In this document: positions 28,986 to 36,688 of the stretch, in pieces | How positions within the stretch are numbered: the stretch's first letter is position 1 | Layout: every line of letters starts with the position of its first letter | DNA from: Deltaproteobacteria bacterium | GTDB taxonomy: Bacteria; Desulfobacterota; Binatia; Binatales; Binataceae | DNA: 64,000 nucleotides | Direction of reading: 5' to 3' | Assembly (NCBI GenBank): GCA_027317185.1 | Contig: DAHVFB010000006.1 | Location: forward strand, 593-64,592 | Position numbers and translations under genes: made by a program | Notes under the pieces: model-generated | Database searches by the model: none | What the model was told of the DNA's origin: nothing | Seen by the model: the letters and a program-made list of their open reading frames with translations, nothing else

Positions 28986-29621
28986 TCAGGCGACCGCCTG
29001 ACCGTCGGCGCGGCTACCCTGTCCGGACTCGCCGAACAACCATTCCCGGACCATCGTGAGGGCGTTCTCGGGATTCAGCGCCGAGTCACGCATAAACAAA
29101 AAGTCGATCAGAAAGCCATTGAGGGCGGAGAGCAGAAACGCGGCGGCACTCTCGGCCGTGTAACCGTGGGCGCACGATCCTTTTTGCTGAGCCTGAGCCA
29201 GCAGACTGGTCAGCAGATTGCGATATCCCGTATAAAGCTGCAGCACCTGCGATCCCAGGTTTTCACCCCGATGCTCATCGTGCAGCAGTTGCGCCAAAAA
29301 GAATCGCACTGAGTTGGCATGGTCGCGGACGAACAGCAGATACATTTCAACCAGCTTCAGGATCTGCGCTCGCTCATCCAGCTCAGTCTCTTCTCCGAAA
29401 TCGATAAAATAGGGCTCCAGGAGGCGGTTGAGCACCGCCATGAACAGATCTTCCTTGGTCTTGAAATGCCAGAAAATGAGCGCCTTGCTGACCCGCGCCT
29501 CGCGCGCAACTTCGGACATCGAGGTCTCATGGAACCCGCGATCGGCAAACAGGCGCATCGCCGCCCGCATGATTTCATCACGCGAACCTTGTGCCTGTTC
29601 CTGGGGATCGACGGCGGCCAT
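28986..29621 (-). CDS. TetR/AcrR-family transcriptional regulator
   Basis: N-terminal HTH: IMRAAMRLFADRGFHETSMSEVAREARVSKALIFWHFKTKEDLF. It ends 31 nt upstream of hpnH on the same strand. Confidence 0.9.
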   Translation of the reverse strand: MAAVDPQEQAQGSRDEIMRAAMRLFADRGFHETSMSEVAREARVSKALIFWHFKTKEDLFMAVLNRLLEPYFIDFGEETELDERAQILKLVEMYLLFVRDHANSVRFFLAQLLHDEHRGENLGSQVLQLYTGYRNLLTSLLAQAQQKGSCAHGYTAESAAAFLLSALNGFLIDFLFMRDSALNPENALTMVREWLFGESGQGSRADGQAVA

Positions 29622-29723
29622 CTCATCCGACCGTGGGCCACGAGCAATCGGTGTTCAAACTGCCAAAAACCGGCATAATGCTCATATCAGGCAGCTTCAA
29701 ACTCCGCGTAAATCTCGTGCTAA

Positions 29724-29773
29724 CCACTCGGTCAATAGGTTGAGATTATCCGCTCGGTCAGCAAAGTCAATAG
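29724..29773. promoter_or_regulatory. repeat-rich region upstream of tetR; candidate operator sites
   Basis: C(A/G)CTCGGTCA occurs twice (29725..29734 and 29751..29760). GTCAATAG occurs twice (29731..29738 and 29766..29773). Read on the tetR strand, TTGACT-16 nt-TAATCT is a possible promoter with TGACCGAGCGG inside the spacer. Confidence 0.3.
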
Positions 29774-29823
29774 TATTTGGCGAAACGCGAAACCTTCGAT
29801 GAACAGCGACACGCGGATCGCGC

Positions 29824-30876
29824 TCAGGAGCGTGCGGCCACGCGAGCCTGTGAAATGATCGCTAGCGTACTCCGCGCTTCGGACTGGTTGGTCATCATGA
29901 TGGAACCGCCGCCGGCCTCGACTGCCGCCTGAAACTCTCGCGCCACCGCCGAGAACCATGCGGCATGGTACGAATCGTCAGGCGCATCGCTGATCGGCAA
30001 ATCATGCCGAGCACCATGGTTTTCGATCAGGCGAACCGCGTCGCCCTCGATCTCAAGAATCGCACGCTCGCCGCGAATCGAGGCCGCGGTCCGGCGCGTC
30101 GCCGCGCGCCACGACAGATGGATACTCGCTCGCCGTCCCTCGGCGCAGGTCAATTCGAGATCCGCGATCTCCTCGGCCCCGTTGCCATCCTCGCCGGCCA
30201 GTCGCGCCGCGACCAGGCGGGGCGCTGCACCGCCCGTCAGCCATTGCGCGAGGTAGCACGCGTGCCATCCGTGATCGATCAGAATTCCGCCGCCGAGCGC
30301 CGGATCGCGACGCCATCGCCCGCCAGTTCCTTGATCGCCAGCCGGCGCGGTCCGCAATCTTTCGAGTTTGATTTCTTGTAGCTTTCCCAATCTGCCGGAC
30401 TCGATTATTTCGAACGCCTTCCGGTACGCGGGAGCATGCTTCCAGTTATGTACGCACATCAGCACCCGTGAACGGCTCCGTGCCAGTTCGATCAAACTCT
30501 CCAGCTCATCAAGTGAAAGGCACAGGGGCTTTTCAACCAGCACGTGGGCATCGGCTTCGAGCGCCGCGCGCGCCGCCGCGGCGTGGAAGGCAGGCGGACT
30601 GGCGATATCGACAAAATCGGGCCGCTCGCCATCGAGCATCAGATCCAGGTTGTCATATATGCGTACGCCCTTGAGGATACGGAAAGCATGATGACGCCGC
30701 TCGGCGGCCGGATCGCAGATGGCCGCAATTTGAACCTCCGGTTGCGCCAGCCATCCCGGCAAATGGCCCAGCACCGCCATTGCGCCGAACCCCGCTATCG
30801 CGCCACGCCGCTTCACTGATGGAGACACCCCCTTCCATTCCTTCCCCCGCAAAACAGCGGGGAAAGGGTCAGACAC
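29824..30876 (-). CDS. Gfo/Idh/MocA-family NAD(P)-dependent oxidoreductase
   Basis: N-terminal Rossmann domain (IAGFGAMAVLGHLP...), EKP motif (VLVEKPLCLSLDE) and a C-terminal alpha/beta domain. The start codon is uncertain. Confidence 0.8.
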   Translation of the reverse strand: MSDPFPAVLRGKEWKGVSPSVKRRGAIAGFGAMAVLGHLPGWLAQPEVQIAAICDPAAERRHHAFRILKGVRIYDNLDLMLDGERPDFVDIASPPAFHAAAARAALEADAHVLVEKPLCLSLDELESLIELARSRSRVLMCVHNWKHAPAYRKAFEIIESGRLGKLQEIKLERLRTAPAGDQGTGGRWRRDPALGGGILIDHGWHACYLAQWLTGGAAPRLVAARLAGEDGNGAEEIADLELTCAEGRRASIHLSWRAATRRTAASIRGERAILEIEGDAVRLIENHGARHDLPISDAPDDSYHAAWFSAVAREFQAAVEAGGGSIMMTNQSEARSTLAIISQARVAARS

Positions 30877-30891
30877 TATGGCGAAAGGCCG

Positions 30892-31746
30892 TCAGGCAAT
30901 CCATGCGCGCGCCATCGCCTCCAGTTCACGATCGGCGTTATCGCGCGACAACGGCGACGAATTCAGGATCAGGCGATGAGCGCCGGCCTCCCGATATCGT
31001 TCGATCAGATCGCGCGAATTCGGCTTGATCGCATCCATAAATGTCACCGAAATATCGAGCTCCTCGAAGCGGCGCCCGGCTTCTCCGCACATGGTCCTGA
31101 GCTTGCCCAGTTGCGCCTTGAGCGAATCCGGCGGCTGTTCGATCGGCATCCATCCGTCGCCGATCGCGACCACATTCTTGAGCGCGCGATCGCCCGCCGC
31201 GCCGACCAGAATCGGGGGATGCGGTTTCTGGAACGGTTTGGGGTTACATCGAATCGGCGGAAATTTGATGAACTCGCCGCCGAAACTGGCATCCTCTTTG
31301 GTCCACAGCTCTTTCATCGCCCGCACATATTCGCGAACCAATGGCCAGCGCCGCCGGAAGTCGACGCCAAACACCTCGAGTTCGTCAACCATCCAGCCGC
31401 CCCCAATGCCCATCACGAAGCGCCCGTTGCAGTAGTGATCCAAGGTCGCCACCGCCTTCGCCACGTTGATCGGATTATGCTCTGGAACCAGCAGGATTCC
31501 GGTGCCGACTCGCAGTTTGGTGGTAGCGGCCGCGGCCATCGCGACCGTCACAAAGGGATCCGGACAATTTAGATAAAACTCGGGAATACGACCATCGCCG
31601 CGCGGAAACGGGGTGCGGGGCTTGGACGGAATCACCGGATGCTCCGGAAATACCAGCAGATCGAAGCCCAGCGCCTCGCACTTGCGCGCCAGCTCGCTGG
31701 GATGGATCGCGTCGACGGTCATGAACGCCATGATTCCGATTTTCAT
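30892..31746 (-). CDS. LLM-class (probably F420-dependent) oxidoreductase
   Basis: MKIGIMAFMTVDAIHPSELARKCEALGFDLLVFPEHPVIP...MGIGGGW is the short LLM/F420 family pattern. Confidence 0.8.
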   Translation of the reverse strand: MKIGIMAFMTVDAIHPSELARKCEALGFDLLVFPEHPVIPSKPRTPFPRGDGRIPEFYLNCPDPFVTVAMAAAATTKLRVGTGILLVPEHNPINVAKAVATLDHYCNGRFVMGIGGGWMVDELEVFGVDFRRRWPLVREYVRAMKELWTKEDASFGGEFIKFPPIRCNPKPFQKPHPPILVGAAGDRALKNVVAIGDGWMPIEQPPDSLKAQLGKLRTMCGEAGRRFEELDISVTFMDAIKPNSRDLIERYREAGAHRLILNSSPLSRDNADRELEAMARAWIA

Positions 31747-31786
31747 GATTGAGTCCTCGCAGAAGTTTGCAAATCAAAGCTTGGAA

Positions 31787-32194
31787 CTAGCGGTCGAGCA
31801 TTGAGCTTAACTCAGCATTGATCTCTTTCAGTTGTTGATCGAACCGTTCGAGGCCTGCCAGGGTGCGCTCGATCCGAATTGCGCGCGACTCCACCTCGAC
31901 CTCTGTTTCGGGCTGAGTTTGCGCTCCATGATGAGCGGCGGTGATGCCGCGAAAGATTTCCGCGATTTCGTGCATTCGCGCTTGCTGATCGGAACTCAAT
32001 CCGCGCCGACCGAGTGACTTGATATGCGTAAAGAACTCCGTCACCCGGGTGCCGAAAATTTCCTGCGCCTGCAGCAGCAGTACGTCAAGCTTGCGCTGCA
32101 GCTCCGCGTCAGTCGCCACGCTTTGCGCTCCAGTCGAAAAAATCGCCGGCTTGAACAAAGCGTCCCACTCCGGCCGCGGCGGCCGCCGCCGCAT
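31787..32194 (-). CDS. hypothetical, predicted helical/coiled-coil protein
   Basis: ORF only. The long form overlaps the upstream HAD gene by 86 nt. A GTG at 32119 (11 nt overlap, about 110 aa) is more plausible. No family recognised. Confidence 0.35.
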   Translation of the reverse strand: MRRRPPRPEWDALFKPAIFSTGAQSVATDAELQRKLDVLLLQAQEIFGTRVTEFFTHIKSLGRRGLSSDQQARMHEIAEIFRGITAAHHGAQTQPETEVEVESRAIRIERTLAGLERFDQQLKEINAELSSMLDR

Positions 32195-32597
32195 CGATCT
32201 CCTGGTCGCCGACCATGGTCGATATCGCCAAATCGACGCCGTACATCTGCGCCAGCTCGGTGATCATGCCGCCCTTGGGCTTGCGGCATTCGCAGCGGTC
32301 GGCGTCGTCATGCGGACAGATTTGCCAGCCGGTCAAAATCTCGCCAAGCATGCCATCCAGCTCGCCCATCGCATCCTCGACCGCGCTCATCGTGAGTCGC
32401 CCCCGGTTGATGCCGGCCTGATTCGAGACCACGAAGATCAGATGGTCCCGGATCGGAGCAAGCTTTTCGATCACGCCGGGCATAAGCCGGATCGCAATCT
32501 TCCCATCGACCAGCGGGAGCTGACGAGTTTCATCCATCGCGACCAGCGTGCCGACCAGATCCAGGAACAATCCGCGATTGCCAGCATCGTCCGCCAT
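32109..32597 (-). CDS. HAD-IIIA phosphatase, GmhB/histidinol-phosphatase-like
   Basis: VVSNQAGINRG, CPHDDADRCECRKPKGGM and MVGDQEIDAAAA match GmhB-type motifs II-IV and the Zn-loop cysteines. ATG 32597 lies 2 nt after the aminotransferase stop and has the RBS GGGGGAG. Motif I reads FLDLVGTL, not DxDGT. Confidence 0.8.
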   Translation of the reverse strand: MADDAGNRGLFLDLVGTLVAMDETRQLPLVDGKIAIRLMPGVIEKLAPIRDHLIFVVSNQAGINRGRLTMSAVEDAMGELDGMLGEILTGWQICPHDDADRCECRKPKGGMITELAQMYGVDLAISTMVGDQEIDAAAAAAAGVGRFVQAGDFFDWSAKRGD

Positions 32598-32599
32598 AA

Positions 32600-33991
32600 T
32601 CACTCCCCCGCGCGCCAATCCAGATGGTCCCGCACGTGGGCGAAGACCTCGTCGAGAATAGCCACTCCAGCCTCGGCCTGATCCGCGTTGATCACCAATG
32701 GCGGATTGATCCGCACCCGCGGGAAGTAGCCCATCAGGAGCAGCCCCCGCCGCAGAGACTCCTTGAAGATGGCCTCCGTAACCGGCTTGGACAAAGGTTC
32801 TTTGGTTCGCCGATCGCGCACCAAATCCATCCCGAGCAATAATCCACGCCCGCGCACATCACCGACAAATTCGTACTTCTCTTTCAGTCCCATCAAGCGG
32901 TTCAGCAGCAGCTCTCCGATGCGCCGCGAATTCTCGACCAGTCCCTCCTGTTCGATCGTGCGGATGGTGACCCCCACCGCCACCGCCGCCAGCGGATTTC
33001 CGCCGTAACTCGAAGAAGACGCGCTCGGCTTGCCGAACGGTTCGGCCCGTCCTAATTCATCGCTCAACAAAACGCCCGAGACCGGGAAGCCGGAACCCAT
33101 GCCCTTGCCGATCGTAACGATGTCCGGCTCGGTTGCACTATGCTCGACGCCCCACCATTTCCCGGTGCGGCCGAAGCCGGTGATCATCTCATCCGCGATC
33201 AGCAATGCGCCGTTGTCGCGCGCCATCTGCTTGACCGCCGGCATGAAGTCATCGGGCGGAATTACGTTTCCCGCCGTCCCCTGCATCGGCTCCGCGATCA
33301 CCGCCGCGATCGCGCCCGCCGAACTACGCTTAACCTGTTCGCTTGCGAATTCGACACAGAACATGCCGCATTCGGGATAAGTCATTTTGAACGGGCACCG
33401 ATAGCAATCGGCATAGGGCGCTTGATAGCGGCCCGCCATCAGCGGTCCATAGCCCTGCTTCGATTCATCGCCGATCAAACCAAGAACGCCGGCGGTCTTG
33501 CCATGAAACCCGCCCCAGAAACTCACCACTTCGTGCTTTTTGGTCACCGAGCGCGCCAGCCGTAGCGCGGCTTCGACCGCTTCCGCGCCGCCGCTGTAAA
33601 GGTGATGGCGTTTCAGCTTGCCTGGAGCAACCCGGCTCAGCCGCTCAAAGTTTTCCGCGCGCTCGGGGGTGGCGAAGGTTCCCACGATCAGCCGATTCGC
33701 CTGATCGGCCAGCGCTTGCGCCAGGGCCGGATGAGCATGCCCAAGACTGGCGACCGCGACCCCGGCGAAAAAATCCACGTAGGTATTGCCGTCGACATCA
33801 GTGAGCGTGGCGCCCGATCCGCGCTCGAAAGCCAGGCCGGCCAATTGCGAGATACGTTGCCGGCCGGGCGCGAGATAGCGCTCTTCCGCCTCGAATATCT
33901 GTTTCGATTTGGGGCCGGGAATCTCGGTTCGCATCCGCGGAAGGACCGCCTGATGCTCAGTGCTTTGGTTTTTCATCGATCCGCTTTTCAT
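32600..33991 (-). CDS. class-III PLP-dependent aminotransferase (ArgD/GabT-like; HpnO-type function possible)
   Basis: GGFHGKT, ADEMITGFGRTGKWWG and TIGKGMGSGFP (PLP lysine). Size 463 aa. Confidence 0.9.
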   Translation of the reverse strand: MKSGSMKNQSTEHQAVLPRMRTEIPGPKSKQIFEAEERYLAPGRQRISQLAGLAFERGSGATLTDVDGNTYVDFFAGVAVASLGHAHPALAQALADQANRLIVGTFATPERAENFERLSRVAPGKLKRHHLYSGGAEAVEAALRLARSVTKKHEVVSFWGGFHGKTAGVLGLIGDESKQGYGPLMAGRYQAPYADCYRCPFKMTYPECGMFCVEFASEQVKRSSAGAIAAVIAEPMQGTAGNVIPPDDFMPAVKQMARDNGALLIADEMITGFGRTGKWWGVEHSATEPDIVTIGKGMGSGFPVSGVLLSDELGRAEPFGKPSASSSSYGGNPLAAVAVGVTIRTIEQEGLVENSRRIGELLLNRLMGLKEKYEFVGDVRGRGLLLGMDLVRDRRTKEPLSKPVTEAIFKESLRRGLLLMGYFPRVRINPPLVINADQAEAGVAILDEVFAHVRDHLDWRAGE

Positions 33992-34041
33992 AAAGTGCGG
34001 TTATATTATCGAATTCAACGCGGCACTGAATATGAGCGGCC

Positions 34042-34083
34042 TATCGGTAGCGATAAATTTGGGCGATAAATCAGCCCGATAAT
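34042..34083. promoter_or_regulatory. periodic CGATAA repeat array in the 118-nt gap upstream of the aminotransferase gene
   Basis: CGATAA occurs at 34051, 34064 and 34077, an exact 13 nt period. Two copies are the 9-mer GCGATAAAT. There is also the palindrome TATCG-GTAG-CGATA (34042..34055). Confidence 0.3.
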
Positions 34084-34109
34084 TCGGCAACAACGAATGT
34101 TCGCAGCCG

Positions 34110-34925
34110 TCAGCTCTGATCGCGCCTGCGCAGCAATAACATGCATCGCCGGGCGATCGCGCGCGCAGCCTCGACGCGAACCCGGCTGAAACTTGGCCAG
34201 TCATTAAAATCGACTAGCATGATTGAGTTGTCCTGCACGATGGCGTCGCCGCCCCACACCTCGAGACCCAGCGCGGCGGCCGCACGTTCGGCGGCCTGCC
34301 TGAGGCTTTGTTCGGCTTGAAAGGACAGTTGTCCGGTTTCCGGCAGCGCCGCGAAATATTCGCCACCGCTCACCCCGTAAAACTTTACCAATAGACCGGA
34401 CACCGCCTCCTGAACGTATGCCTTGCGGATGCCTCTTTGGACGAACGCGGCAAGTACTGCGTAAATATCCGCCAGCCGATCGACGCGCTGCACATCTTCG
34501 GGACCGAGCGCGTGAAGATCGCCTCGTTTGACGTAGAGCTCATGGGTCGCATCGATCCCCTCGAGACGAGGCTCGGGCCGCGATAAATCGAGCAGTACGC
34601 CGCGCGGCGCCGGTATCCCGGCGCGGGTCAACCCGGCGCCCATCAGATCCCGATAGCAGTTACGAATTGCAAGAGCGGAATTTATCACCAGCGCGCCGGT
34701 TTTCTCGAGGTGGGCCAGCCGTTCCAGCGCATGTTCGCCCTGGCACATCGCCAGCACCAAATTGGCTTTCGCATCGAAATGGGAATCGATCCGCTCGGCC
34801 ATCACAGTGGACGATTCCAATTTTTTTTCGCGTAGCGCCGCGAGGACCGCATCGAGGATCGCCGCGTCGGCGTCGACTTTTCCAGGCGAGAATTGACTCT
34901 CGCGATAGATTCCGAGCACTCGCAT
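34110..34925 (-). CDS. ATP-grasp-fold protein, inositol-phosphate-kinase (ITPK1)-like or RimK-like
   Basis: The C-terminal GLEVWGGDAIVQDNSIMLVDFNDWPSF resembles the ATP-grasp/ITPK1 'G.D.I.....VIDIN.FP.' element. YVKRGD and LVKFYGV strands are also present. ATG 34925 is preceded by AAGG. Confidence 0.5.
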   Translation of the reverse strand: MRVLGIYRESQFSPGKVDADAAILDAVLAALREKKLESSTVMAERIDSHFDAKANLVLAMCQGEHALERLAHLEKTGALVINSALAIRNCYRDLMGAGLTRAGIPAPRGVLLDLSRPEPRLEGIDATHELYVKRGDLHALGPEDVQRVDRLADIYAVLAAFVQRGIRKAYVQEAVSGLLVKFYGVSGGEYFAALPETGQLSFQAEQSLRQAAERAAAALGLEVWGGDAIVQDNSIMLVDFNDWPSFSRVRVEAARAIARRCMLLLRRRDQS

Positions 34926-34935
34926 CGCAAGCCTT

Positions 34936-35697
34936 TCAGCTTCCCTTCTGATCGTCGGAGGCTGGCGCCGGATGGACCGCCTCGCGATCGAAAAGTGCGC
35001 GCGCGGCCTCAAGATCCGCACCTTCGTCGATGTCGATCGCGCCGTCGATCTCGAATGCGCCGAAACGAACTTGCTCCTTGATCAAGAGGGCCAGCAAGCG
35101 GCGCAGCGCATCGAGACGCGCGCCTGCTGCCTGATTTTTGAACTCGAAAATTCGGCGCGGCAGGAAATAGAACCCGGCGGTGACCAGCGTGCTCGCCTCG
35201 CCACCGAGCGCCACAATCGATCCGTTTTTATTCACCGTGGCGAACAACGGACGCCGATCGCCACGCCAGCGCACTACCGCCAGCACCCCGTCGTAAGGTT
35301 TAACCTGCCCTGAGGCGGTTAGCTCCACGGCGGCGTGCGAAAATCGGTCGAGTTCCGATTGCCGCACCATCGAGTCCACCGTCGCCAGTAAAAAACGATC
35401 GCTCTTTATTTGCTCGCCCAGCGCGAACAGCGATTCCATCGAATTTGCCGTATCGCGCACCATGAGGTTCAGAAAATCCGGCAGTCCGATGCCGCGTTCG
35501 TCCAGCATACGCGCGGTTTCCGAATTGACGATCGCCAACACCGATCGCGCCCCGGCCTTTTTCAAAGCCCACGCCTGCCGCACCAGCAACGGCATCTGAT
35601 TGAGCGGCACCAGCGGCTTCGGCAAATTCTCCACCGCAGGACGCAGGCGCTCGCCGAGGCCGGCCGCCAGTATCGCCCCGTCGAACGGCGTTACCAT
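34936..35697 (-). CDS. sugar/alcohol-phosphate nucleotidyltransferase (NTP_transferase family)
   Basis: Canonical N-terminal signature AILAAGLGERLRP....LPKPLVPL. There is a 7 nt overlap with the upstream HAD gene. Confidence 0.8.
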   Translation of the reverse strand: MVTPFDGAILAAGLGERLRPAVENLPKPLVPLNQMPLLVRQAWALKKAGARSVLAIVNSETARMLDERGIGLPDFLNLMVRDTANSMESLFALGEQIKSDRFLLATVDSMVRQSELDRFSHAAVELTASGQVKPYDGVLAVVRWRGDRRPLFATVNKNGSIVALGGEASTLVTAGFYFLPRRIFEFKNQAAGARLDALRRLLALLIKEQVRFGAFEIDGAIDIDEGADLEAARALFDREAVHPAPASDDQKGS

Positions 35698-36452
35698 CGC
35701 AAATCACGTAAATCGGTGATTGAACGAATTAAATAGTCGGCGGCCAGCTCACGATCCTCGATGCCGTCACGGTCTCCAGGAAGCGAATGGCGCAGCCATA
35801 CCGTTCGCAGGCCAAGCCTCCGTGCAGGGGCTAGATCCTTGCCTAACGAATCCCCCACCATCGCGGTGTCGACCGGACCGATCCCCAATTCGCGCATCGC
35901 GATCAGGAACAACGCCGGGTCGGGTTTGAAAATTCCGACCGCGGAAGAATCGACGGCCGCATCGATGAAATCCATGAATCCACATTCATCCAGGATCACC
36001 CGTAAATTGCCATAAAAATTCGACACCACCGCGATTCGATAGCGATCATGTAAATCGCGCAACAGCTCTCGGGTCGAACCCGTGGCCTCGCGCGATTCAT
36101 CGACAAAGCCATCGCAAATCGACCGCTCAAGCATGACTCTGGATGACGGACTTAGACTCGCGAATTCCAGATTATGCTGTGTTGGATTTCGTTGGAGCCA
36201 ATCGAACTGATGATGCACCAGAAAACCGACGATTTCGTCCAAGGCGGCCTGCCGCAGTTCAGCGGAACTGGCGTAACCAAGTTGAGTTGCGTGTGAAAAA
36301 GCACAATCCAGGCGAGCCCGATCGATCGCGACGCCGGCTGCCCGGTAGTGATTGAGAAACCGATCCAGCCAGTGACGCGGCACATCGAGCGTACCACCAA
36401 AATCGATCAGCAAGGCGCGCGGAGGATTCACGAAAATCAGTTTACCAGCCAC
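35691..36452 (-). CDS. HAD-superfamily hydrolase (subfamily IA-like)
   Basis: Motif I LLIDFGGTLD, motif II VVSNF, and motifs III/IV K...MVGDSLGKDL. GTG start. Confidence 0.75.
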   Translation of the reverse strand: MAGKLIFVNPPRALLIDFGGTLDVPRHWLDRFLNHYRAAGVAIDRARLDCAFSHATQLGYASSAELRQAALDEIVGFLVHHQFDWLQRNPTQHNLEFASLSPSSRVMLERSICDGFVDESREATGSTRELLRDLHDRYRIAVVSNFYGNLRVILDECGFMDFIDAAVDSSAVGIFKPDPALFLIAMRELGIGPVDTAMVGDSLGKDLAPARRLGLRTVWLRHSLPGDRDGIEDRELAADYLIRSITDLRDLRW

Positions 36453-36610
36453 ACTGGACGTATAAATAGGCAGTGATTAATTAGCGATTATGCAGTTTTA
36501 ACCGGCCTCAAGCCAAAGATACAGGGATTTCTTTCGCTTTTTGCCTGAATTTCCATGTCTATTTTAAAAACCTGGTTGACAAAACCTCAGCACTCTCATT
36601 GACTAGGACG

Positions 36611-36624
36611 GACCGCTCGGTCAG
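36611..36624. promoter_or_regulatory. candidate TetR-type operator in a divergent promoter (12-mer shared with the tetR upstream region)
   Basis: CCGCTCGGTCAG (36613..36624) is identical to 29750..29761. It is embedded in the near-palindrome GACCG-CT-CGGTC (36611..36622). ATTGACT (36598..36604) also recurs near tetR on the opposite strand. Confidence 0.3.
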
Positions 36625-36688
36625 AAGAGAGCTAACGATGCGATTCTTCAATACGTTCGCTTCAGAAAAATTGTTTTAGCCTACTTCG

